61,421 nt of DNA from Pseudomonadota bacterium. Its GTDB lineage: Bacteria > Bdellovibrionota > FAC87 > UBA2466. The notes under the pieces are model-generated. The model ran no database searches, was not told where the DNA came from, and saw only the letters and a list, made by a program, of their open reading frames with translations. Below are positions 54,241 through 61,421 of the stretch, piece after piece. The stretch is from assembly GCA_009927005.1 (NCBI GenBank), contig RFNV01000191.1, forward strand, positions 1-61,421, in the 5' to 3' direction. Position 1 is the first letter of the stretch. Each line of letters begins with the position of its first letter. Made by a program: the position numbers and the translations under genes.

Positions 54241-56712
54241 TTAGCCTGTCCGCTTAGGTGGTTGAGAATTACCTGTGGTATTTTCTACAATGTTTTTTTG
54301 GCCAGGGTATTCAATCCGGTGATGATACAAAGAGGTCAGTGTGCGAGAAAAAGTTTCCTCAATTATTTTAAGTTCTTTCTGAGTTAGGTCACAATCTGTG
54401 AATTGCTCCTCAAGAAAGCGTTTCTGAATGATACTTTGAACCATCGCTTGAATTTTAGAGGGGGTGGGATCCGCGATGCTACGAGTAGCTGCTTCACACG
54501 CATCTGCCATCATCACGATACCAGCTTCGCGAGATTGGGGCTTGGGTCCCGGGTATTTGAAATCTCCCTCGTGAGGCGAGTGTCCATCCTCTGACTGGGT
54601 CGCTAAATATTTTGCTTTATTATAGAAGTAATTTGCTAGGGTCGTTCCGTGGTGCTGTTCAATAATATTATTAATCGAATCTCCGAGGTTATGTTCTTTC
54701 CCCAGGCGCACTCCATTTTTAACATGAGCAAATAAAATCTTCGCCGACATATGAGGGGCGAGGTGGTCGTGGGGATTGTTGTTTGGTGATTGGTTTTCAA
54801 TGAAATAGAGAGGTTTGGTCATTTTTCCAATGTCATGATAGTAAGCTGACACTCTGGCCAATAAGGCATTGGCTCCAATTCGGTCAGCTGCAAGTTCTGC
54901 TAAACTCCCCACAATTACTGAGTGATGATAGGTTCCTGGAGCTTTCATCATGAGGTTGTGGAGGAGAGGGTGATTGAAATTTGAAAGTTCCAACAGTTTT
55001 AGCGAAGTAGTGTAACCGAATGCAGATTCTAAAAGGGGGATCAGAAGGCCCGACAATCCCGCTGATAATAGTCCAGATAGAAAAGATAAGCTGACGCAGA
55101 TGAGAATCTCAGACCAGATGGGATTTCGAAATCCCATGATATTAATTAAAGTGAAGGAAAGAACGAGGCCTGTCCCTGCTGCTCCAGCAAGGATTCCCGT
55201 TTTTAAAAGATCTGATCGTTGCTTATAGCTTTTGATAGACTCGATGGCGGTGATATTCACGACTAAGCACCAGAGGCAAAAGAAAAAATGTTGGTCCAAC
55301 ATGTAGCCAATCATTACGCTGATACCCATGGCATAGGTATAAGCAGCGGTTTTTCCCATCAAAAGGGTAATGATGATTCCTCCACTAGCTACGGGAATGA
55401 GGTATTCCAATCCATAACCTTCGATAAAATTTGAAAAGCGACTTTGACCCACTAAGTAAAACAACTTCAGAAGCGCGAGAGATCCTGTTACTGAAAGCAT
55501 GAATAGAAGTGAATCCTTTAGTGGGAGATTCCAAAAAGTTTTTGGCGAGAAAACCATGTTGAACAACAGATTTAAAAAGATGAAGAAGATAAAGAAAGTG
55601 AGAAAAAATCTTTTTAATTTTGCTCCCGAGGAGCTGAGATCCTGAAGGGCTCTTAGGACTTCAAGGTTCTGTTCAGTTATGCGTTCCCCTTGAGCGACAA
55701 TAACTTGCCCTTCTTTTAAAGCCACCAGGAGCGGACGGGAACTTGCTAGAAATGCCTCCACTCTTTGCTGTGTAAGAATGGGATTTGCTCGAAGGTTTGG
55801 CTTAATAAGGTCGGCCACCATCAAAGATACTGGGCCACTTAATTTTTTGGGGGTGTCTTTGATGAGCTGAGGCGCATGCAGAACGACTTCCCGAGCTTGT
55901 TCGAGACTCCAAACTTTTGAAACGTCTTGGATCGGAACTTCATGCTGTTTCTGATTCAATTGGCGTACTAAAATTCCGGTGTTGTAGTGCAATGGGAATA
56001 AATCAAGCTCGGTGATGAATCTTTCCTTGAGATAGGCAGTGGTTTTAAGAAAAGCATCTTCACATTCTTTGCTGAACGAATTTTGATGCAGGAAAATCAG
56101 GCTTCGAGCAGAGACTGGATCACCAGTAATCTCCAAGAGTTTTGTGACAACGAGTTCGTTAGGTGTTGGGGCTGTTTTTTTGGAGGGACTTTTATAAAAG
56201 TCACTTCTTATGACTCGAAAAGCATTTTTCCAATTGTTAATCCATGTGGGAGTAACTTTGTCATCGTAGTCAAAAATGGGAGGTACTTTTTTTGCGAGGG
56301 CTTCGCGCTCTTGTGGAGAGGCTTCTTTGGGCTCTATTTCTACAGTGAGAGGCGAAACGAGATTTTTTTCGGCAAAGTCCCCAAGGCGAGGCAGAGGATT
56401 TGGCAGAGGGTTTTGATGGCTTCGGCCCAAAATAAAAGCAATGAGAAAAGCAAAAGCAGCACAGTAGCTCAGTCGAGCAACGAGTTGTCTCCGGCTGGGC
56501 TTTCCCTCTTTTACTAGTTCAGTGGTGTTTCCTTCGTAGGCATGAGCAAACGACTGTATTAGTTCTGAGGAAAAAGCACTGAGCTTCTTAAAATGTGAAT
56601 TCCAATAAGGCACGATAAGAGCCGATCCTCCCGACTTCTTATCGGTTATTTCAGTTAAAAGCCCAACCCGAAGAAGTCTTCGAAGTTGGGCCTGATTGCT
56701 GCGTCCAGTCAA
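54241..56712 (-). CDS. 7TM receptor with intracellular HD/HDIG phosphohydrolase domain (PgpH-like)
   Basis: Large N-terminal extracytoplasmic domain, a 7-TM block and an HD domain: THHSVIVGSLAE..YYHDIGK..HHG. There is a 1-nt gap to ybeY. Confidence 0.85.
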   Translation of the reverse strand: MTGRSNQAQLRRLLRVGLLTEITDKKSGGSALIVPYWNSHFKKLSAFSSELIQSFAHAYEGNTTELVKEGKPSRRQLVARLSYCAAFAFLIAFILGRSHQNPLPNPLPRLGDFAEKNLVSPLTVEIEPKEASPQEREALAKKVPPIFDYDDKVTPTWINNWKNAFRVIRSDFYKSPSKKTAPTPNELVVTKLLEITGDPVSARSLIFLHQNSFSKECEDAFLKTTAYLKERFITELDLFPLHYNTGILVRQLNQKQHEVPIQDVSKVWSLEQAREVVLHAPQLIKDTPKKLSGPVSLMVADLIKPNLRANPILTQQRVEAFLASSRPLLVALKEGQVIVAQGERITEQNLEVLRALQDLSSSGAKLKRFFLTFFIFFIFLNLLFNMVFSPKTFWNLPLKDSLLFMLSVTGSLALLKLFYLVGQSRFSNFIEGYGLEYLIPVASGGIIITLLMGKTAAYTYAMGISVMIGYMLDQHFFFCLWCLVVNITAIESIKSYKQRSDLLKTGILAGAAGTGLVLSFTLINIMGFRNPIWSEILICVSLSFLSGLLSAGLSGLLIPLLESAFGYTTSLKLLELSNFNHPLLHNLMMKAPGTYHHSVIVGSLAELAADRIGANALLARVSAYYHDIGKMTKPLYFIENQSPNNNPHDHLAPHMSAKILFAHVKNGVRLGKEHNLGDSINNIIEQHHGTTLANYFYNKAKYLATQSEDGHSPHEGDFKYPGPKPQSREAGIVMMADACEAATRSIADPTPSKIQAMVQSIIQKRFLEEQFTDCDLTQKELKIIEETFSRTLTSLYHHRIEYPGQKNIVENTTGNSQPPKRTG

Positions 56713-56721
56713 TCAAAACTA

Positions 56722-56961
56722 TTAATAAACCGGTGGGGCAGGGGGGGCGTCTTCTAGGTCACTATTCTGTGAATTAGGATTTTCTACAGGCTGTTTCGAT
56801 TTCTTTTTCTTAACTGGTTTAGAGGGGGTTTTTAGTTCCCGAGTTTCTTTGGAATTAGAAAGTTCGTTTTTTTGAGAATCGATATTCAGTGAAGACTCAT
56901 TCGCATAGATCAAATGAGTGAAAAGCCAGGACCCGATTATTAGGTTGCGAATGAAGTGCAT
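56722..56961 (-). CDS. Small secreted K/P-rich protein
   Basis: Start moved to MHFIRNLIIGSWLFTHLIYA (signal-like). The remainder is low-complexity. Weak call. Confidence 0.3.
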   Translation of the reverse strand: MHFIRNLIIGSWLFTHLIYANESSLNIDSQKNELSNSKETRELKTPSKPVKKKKSKQPVENPNSQNSDLEDAPPAPPVY

Positions 56962-57083
56962 GCGTACAATCCTACTGAACCCCTGGCAGAACTTCAAATC
57001 AAAAATAACTACATAAATACAATTACTTACCCGGGTTACAGAGCCGTTGAAGTTGCCCGGCATTTAGGGTAACTTGGCGCATT

Positions 57084-57995
57084 ATGGCCGGACGAGTTTT
57101 CTTTTTCTGGGGAGTTTTGTTTTTTTCGTTAGTGGGATTTTCCAGTGAATCGATTCGTATGGAAACCTACGGAGATTCACTCACTGCCGGTTTTCTTGCG
57201 AACACTTCATTGAAAAAGTCCCTCGAACTTTCTGAAATGAGTGCCCTTCTGGAAAAACTCGCTTTTGGATTCTTACAAAAAAATCGAGAGCTACTGAAAG
57301 AGTTTGAAGCAAACGATAAAGCTTGGCCTTATTTTTTGTCTGAAAGCTTGAAAGAAGAGGGGAAACACATTTCAGATTTAATGAACCTGGCTATTTCAGG
57401 GAGTAAAAGCTCTGGTCTTCTTTCTCAAGTGCAAATGGCAGGGGGAACCCAACGGTACACATGGGCTTTCTTTTTTATTGGCCATAATGATCTGTGCCAT
57501 GTGAAAGGAGATGAATCCGCCCTAATACACCAGTTTGATGAACATTTGAGTGCTGCTTTAACAGAATGGGATAAAAACCATCAGAATTCTGTATTGTTCT
57601 TAATTCCGACCAGCCCTATCTATCAGCTCTACCCCGTTTTAGAGAATTACATTTGGTTTCAGAGCGAGCAAAAAACTTTTCGGTGTCAGGATGCGTGGAC
57701 AAAATATTTTCCTTATTGCGCCCCCTTTTACCTTCGTTACAAAAAAGGAGAGCTCGAATCCTACCTCAAGCCGCGCGCGGATTCGCTTAATCAGTCCCTT
57801 TCTCACATGGCCCATCAATGGGGTAAAAAAACTGAGCGGGGGAATCGGTTCTTTTATTTGGAAGCTCAATGGCCACTCCCATTACAACCTGAATATTTCG
57901 CCCTAGATTGCTATCACATTGCCGAAGAAGGCCAGCGTATTTTTGCGCGGAATATATTGAATGCAATTAAAAGTAAATTAGGTGGAGAACTCTAA
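57084..57995 (+). CDS. SGNH/GDSL-family hydrolase (lipase/esterase)
   Basis: Signal peptide, block I YGDSLTAGF, GHNDL, and block V DCYHI (DxxH). Confidence 0.7.
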   Translation: MAGRVFFFWGVLFFSLVGFSSESIRMETYGDSLTAGFLANTSLKKSLELSEMSALLEKLAFGFLQKNRELLKEFEANDKAWPYFLSESLKEEGKHISDLMNLAISGSKSSGLLSQVQMAGGTQRYTWAFFFIGHNDLCHVKGDESALIHQFDEHLSAALTEWDKNHQNSVLFLIPTSPIYQLYPVLENYIWFQSEQKTFRCQDAWTKYFPYCAPFYLRYKKGELESYLKPRADSLNQSLSHMAHQWGKKTERGNRFFYLEAQWPLPLQPEYFALDCYHIAEEGQRIFARNILNAIKSKLGGEL

Positions 57996-58088
57996 TAGCC
58001 CCCCCAATCAAGACTGGCGCGACGCGACTAAAGTCTGTTCCTTTTTATGTCGAAATAAGAATGTCCTCATTCTTCTATTTCAAATCCC

Positions 58089-59249
58089 ATGCAAACAGCT
58101 CTAAAACATCTCAATCCGATTACCACCTCCGTGGTATCTGCTATCGAAGCTCGGTGGCAAAAAGCTTTGCCGTTTTTTAAAAGTCGGGGCCATGTCATTT
58201 TTGTAAGTGACCGGTATCGGTTTTGGGATAACCCTGGATTTGTCCAACAAAGTTTAGCAAAAACACTTGTCGATTATGGGGTGAAAGTTACTTGGTTAGA
58301 TGGAATCAGCTGGCGCTCGTCATCCCCAACTGTTCCATACTCCTCTCCTATTTTAAAAGTGCAATCCCTCAAGTGTCTTCCTGCTCGACGGTTTTCATTT
58401 ATGGACTCCCTGAGCGCAGACTGGCAGGCGCGCCAAATATCTAAACTACAAAAACAAGGGGAATCCCTCACTTGGGTTCAGGGAAGTTTAGATGAACGAA
58501 TTTCAAATCAGCTTGATTCTATTGATGTCTTCTCGGTTTTCGACGACGCCTTCTGCCATTCTCCGGAAAATCACCTTGCTCAAAAATCAAAATTGATTTT
58601 AAGTCAGAATGCCTTCACTGATGATCGATTTCGAGATCTCTATCCGAACAAAGCTCAATTAGCGCTTCCTCCGGTTGAGCTCAATGAGCATTTTTTTCAA
58701 AAAGAATCTCCCAGAAAGCTCGTTCCCGAAAACTTTCCTAAAAAGATTATGGGCTATCTAGGAGCTTTTTTCCCTGAGGGGTTTGACTTTGAAATTTTGG
58801 AAAAGTGTATTCGGGCTCTTCCGGATTGGGGATTTTTAATGGTGGGGCGAACCAACGCCGAAGGATCTCAAAAAATAAACCAACTGAAAGAGTTTCCAAA
58901 CTTTTGCCATAAAGAGTGGATTCCCAGAGAAAAACTTTCCTCGGTTTGGCAACTGTTGGATGTTAATTTGATGTTTTATCGAGATTCTCGGGCCAACTCA
59001 GGGGCTTATCCTGTAAAAGTTCTTGAGTCGATGTATTTTGGAGTTCCTTCGGTAGCTACTCGCGTGCCAAAAACTTCAAGCCTCGAGGGAATTATCCCTT
59101 TGAGTTCCGATCCTGACGAACTGATTCATCTCGCCAGAGCCGAAGCTATTTTGAAGAAAGATCAATCAAAAGTATTTGAGAGTCTCTATTACGAAATGCA
59201 TCCAAAAGTTCATTTGGCGAGAGTTGCTGAGGCATTAAGTAAGGGTTAA
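58089..59249 (+). CDS. Glycosyltransferase (GT-B fold, GT4-like C-terminal domain)
   Basis: C-terminal EWIPREKL..LLDVNLMFY...YPVKVLESMYFGVPSVAT resembles the GT1/GT4 donor-binding half. The N-half is not recognisable. Confidence 0.5.
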   Translation: MQTALKHLNPITTSVVSAIEARWQKALPFFKSRGHVIFVSDRYRFWDNPGFVQQSLAKTLVDYGVKVTWLDGISWRSSSPTVPYSSPILKVQSLKCLPARRFSFMDSLSADWQARQISKLQKQGESLTWVQGSLDERISNQLDSIDVFSVFDDAFCHSPENHLAQKSKLILSQNAFTDDRFRDLYPNKAQLALPPVELNEHFFQKESPRKLVPENFPKKIMGYLGAFFPEGFDFEILEKCIRALPDWGFLMVGRTNAEGSQKINQLKEFPNFCHKEWIPREKLSSVWQLLDVNLMFYRDSRANSGAYPVKVLESMYFGVPSVATRVPKTSSLEGIIPLSSDPDELIHLARAEAILKKDQSKVFESLYYEMHPKVHLARVAEALSKG

Positions 59250-60260
59250 CTTCTCGAGCATCGTCTTAACTCTATCCTTATACGTGTGTCCTGATTTCAG
59301 AACCCTTTCGTATCCATTTTTCGCAATTCGGTTTCTTTCAGTTTCATTTTTTAAATAGAAAGAAACCTTCTCTTTCAGTTCATCAACCGTTTCAAAGCAA
59401 ACGATCTCCTCATTTTCATCGAAAAAACTAAGTATTTCTTCGTTTCTCGGCGCAATTTGGAGGGCACCGCAGGCGGGAATCTCAAAAGTGCGTTGCGTGT
59501 GACGATCCTGTGCTTCCTCTCGGAGTAGTCCCAAAGTGATTTTGCTCCGACTTAAGATGTCTGCAAAATCAGGAAAGTAAACAGCTTTGGGGACTATGTG
59601 ACTTTTGTGTTTTCGGTAACCGGAGAATCTCTTCCACCGATCCCCCCAAACATACAAATCATTCCAATCGAGTACTTTTAAAAACTTATCTCGCGAACGA
59701 TCATAAGTGCCGACAAAACTGATGTGAAACGAGGTTGAACCGAATCTGCTCTCCGCTTTGGGAATCGGGCGATGAACTTTCGGTTCGAACGCCGAGGGAA
59801 TAAAAAAAGAAAGCGGTTGGCCCAGCATTTTGTAGCGCTGGAGATTTTGTGACTTAGTAGTAAAGACGCAATCATAGAGGGCCAAGGATTCGAAAAAATC
59901 CTGGGGTTTTAAAATGCCAGATGAGAAATTATTGTCATGTGAGTGATAAATGACTTTCGGGGCATTTGATAAATCCTTAAGGGCTCGCAAAAAATCAACG
60001 GAGAGAAAGTTCTCGGCCAGATTTATTACCAAATCTATTTTGTTTTCTTTGCATATTTTTAAAGCGTGTTCAGTGGCAGATAAAATATTTTTGTTCCTTG
60101 GCGCTTTGGTTAGGCGAACTAAAGCGGAATCAATCGCAGAGCTGGTTTCAAATAGTTTGGGATCAAAACGAAAAACCGTATGCCCTAGTTCCTCTGCTGC
60201 ATCTGCATAGTAAGAGGCACACGCCGTCGGTGAAATGCTTCCGATGTAAAGGATTCGCAT
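59235..60260 (-). CDS. CgeB-family glycosyltransferase-like protein
   Basis: ISFVGTYDRSRDKFL.., TQRTFEIPACGALQI, VCFETVDELKEKVSFYLKNETERNRIAKNGYERVLKSGHTYKDRV are typical of the DUF3880/Glyco_trans_1_2 CgeB-like family. Confidence 0.6.
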   Translation of the reverse strand: MRILYIGSISPTACASYYADAAEELGHTVFRFDPKLFETSSAIDSALVRLTKAPRNKNILSATEHALKICKENKIDLVINLAENFLSVDFLRALKDLSNAPKVIYHSHDNNFSSGILKPQDFFESLALYDCVFTTKSQNLQRYKMLGQPLSFFIPSAFEPKVHRPIPKAESRFGSTSFHISFVGTYDRSRDKFLKVLDWNDLYVWGDRWKRFSGYRKHKSHIVPKAVYFPDFADILSRSKITLGLLREEAQDRHTQRTFEIPACGALQIAPRNEEILSFFDENEEIVCFETVDELKEKVSFYLKNETERNRIAKNGYERVLKSGHTYKDRVKTMLEKLTLT

Positions 60261-60489
60261 TCCCTAATTATAGATTAAAGAGCCGGTCTTTGCCCCTTTG
60301 ACTAACAATTTGACAGTTGTTTAGTAAGTTCACAGGGTCGAACTAATCGGGATTGAGGCGTTGCAAAACCTAAGTAAAAACAGATACTTAAAATCAAACG
60401 AAGTGAATACACTTTGTCTACAGAGGGGCAGTTGGCACCCGCTTGCAATCTTAGTCTTCGGCTTGGGAGAGCCAGGAGGCAAGAGCCGA

Positions 60490-60702
60490 ATGCTGAAAGA
60501 GTTGCTTATTCAGGCAGTTCTCATTCTGTCGGTCGGAGTTGTTCTTGTAACAAAGAACAAACATCTGACCCGTCACACTGGGGATTCGGCAAGAAAAAAT
60601 TTAATGGTGATGCGAGTGGGGGAAGTTGCCCACGTCGAAGCACCATTGGGGGAATTAGATCCAGATCGAGACTGGATCAAGCTTTTCTTCGAGGAACGCT
60701 AA
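60490..60702 (+). CDS. Small single-TM protein (70 aa)
   Basis: Internal ATG preceded by AGGAGG, giving MLKELLIQAVLILSVGVVLVT (TM). A strong intrinsic terminator follows. The upstream part of the ORF-track call has no coding features. Confidence 0.4.
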   Translation: MLKELLIQAVLILSVGVVLVTKNKHLTRHTGDSARKNLMVMRVGEVAHVEAPLGELDPDRDWIKLFFEER

Positions 60703-60737
60703 GTTCTTTGAGGAATTGGACCACTACTCCTCTCTCG

Positions 60738-60775
60738 CCCGCCACCTTCAATTGTGAGGGTGGCGGGTTTTTTTT
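60738..60775 (+). terminator. Rho-independent terminator
   Basis: CCCGCCACC-11 nt loop-GGTGGCGGG followed by TTTTTTTT, about 35 nt after the 60702 stop. Confidence 0.8.
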
Positions 60776-60849
60776 GATTGTGTTGAAACCTTCATATTCA
60801 AGTTGAAATTTAAAAGAGCCGACCTTTTATTGTCGAGGTGTCATTCGAT

Positions 60850-61421
60850 ATGGAAGATAAAAAGCTCACGCCGATTCCTCTTTCTCTGATTGAGCGGCTT
60901 TCCGCCTTTGGTGGACTAGAAAATATTCAGGCAGTCGCGACGGGAGGAATGGCAAATGTTTTTAAGGCAAGGCAACCTCAACTCAATCGATTTGTAGCCG
61001 TCAAAAGTCTTAAGCCCCACCTGTTGGAAAACTCTGAAACTCGAGAACGTTTTAGAAGAGAGGCCAAAGCGCTGGCCAGCGTGCTCCATCAAAACGTTGC
61101 TCACGTTTATGGATTTTATGAAACTGAAAGAGATGCCTTTATTTTCATGGAGTTTATTGAGGGGATTGATCTTTCCTTTGCGATTCAAAAAGTAGGAGCT
61201 CTTCCCGTTGAAGTCGCCTGTGCCATTTTCTTGGGGATTTGCAGGGGAGTTTCTTACATCCACAATCATCATCTTATTCATAGAGATATAAAACCTTCCA
61301 ATATCCGTCTGACCCCGAAGGGGGAAGTAAAGCTAATGGACTTTGGAATCGTGATGGACACTGAAAGCAACTCTCTTACTCGGCCAGGGATGATGGTAGG
61401 ATCTCCCTGTTATCTTTCCCC
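60850..61421 (+). CDS. Hanks-type Ser/Thr protein kinase, 3'-truncated by window edge
   Basis: Not in the ORF track because it has no stop. My translation is MEDKKLTP..GGMANVFKA..FVAVKSLK (VAIK-type Lys), HRDIKPSNI (catalytic loop), LMDFG (DFG), GSPCYLSP (activation segment). The frame is consistent to position 61421. Confidence 0.85.
   Translation, partial: MEDKKLTPIPLSLIERLSAFGGLENIQAVATGGMANVFKARQPQLNRFVAVKSLKPHLLENSETRERFRREAKALASVLHQNVAHVYGFYETERDAFIFMEFIEGIDLSFAIQKVGALPVEVACAIFLGICRGVSYIHNHHLIHRDIKPSNIRLTPKGEVKLMDFGIVMDTESNSLTRPGMMVGSPCYLS

Noticed and set aside
60443-60458. Sigma-54-like promoter TTGGCACCCGCTTGCA upstream of the small ORF
   Set aside because: By my count the spacing is GG-N9-GC rather than the required GG-N10-GC. 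No enhancer-binding-protein gene is nearby, so I kept it only as a note.
60414-60806. 130-aa plus-strand ORF
   Set aside because: It reads straight through the intrinsic terminator hairpin and T-run. Its composition is Arg/Ser/Gly-rich, typical of an off-frame translation. The alternative frame with an SD and a TM helix (60490-60702) is preferred.
60916-61281. 121-aa minus-strand ORF
   Set aside because: It is antisense to the clearly recognisable Ser/Thr kinase frame (VAVK, HRDIKPSN, DFG).
1-61421. Scan for rRNA, tRNA, tmRNA, CRISPR arrays and long direct or tandem repeats
   Set aside because: By eye I saw no tRNA-like T-arm/acceptor patterns, no spaced direct repeats and no rRNA-like stretches. 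The only repetitive DNA is low-complexity coding sequence (Q/P-rich and P-rich). A proper tRNAscan, Infernal or repeat search was not possible, so absence is not proven.

Overview
This is a 61.4-kb chromosomal segment of a Gram-negative bacterium with about 60 tightly packed protein genes on both strands; many have 1-4 nt gaps or overlaps. By eye I found no rRNA, tRNA, CRISPR array or intact IS element. Housekeeping blocks are smpB-DUF502-panC-panB-(OM channel)-rsmA-tsaD (18.9-24.8 kb, minus strand), ctpA, pal-DUF4398-cpoB, ubiB-rnr, rpoZ, a class I lysyl-tRNA synthetase, a LolC/E-type permease, and ybeY plus a 7TM-HD phosphohydrolase. A Hanks-type Ser/Thr kinase runs off the 3' edge. The secretome and envelope content is high (lipoproteins, beta-barrels, HExxH proteins, an S1 protease). 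A 62-aa histone-fold gene resembling the Bd0055-type bacterial histone suggests a Bdellovibrio-like (Bdellovibrionota) source, but this is a low-confidence inference. The best candidates for something new are: (1) a translationally coupled operon at 2856-7292 of radical SAM, Cys/Met-type PLP enzyme, membrane di-iron desaturase and left-handed beta-helix protein, with no pathway I can name. (2) A 1221-aa secreted chimera (13607-17272) joining an S1 protease, a thioredoxin-like CxxC module and two CxxCH haem motifs; a stand-alone copy of its central module lies across an IS200/RayT-like gene. (3) A 932-aa HExxH / beta-propeller / beta-barrel-like protein divergent from a pal-cpoB cluster that lacks tolB. 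(4) The histone-fold gene itself. All functional calls come from motif recognition in the supplied translations, since no database search or computation was possible. Coordinates of non-ORF features are hand-counted and may be off by 1-2 nt.
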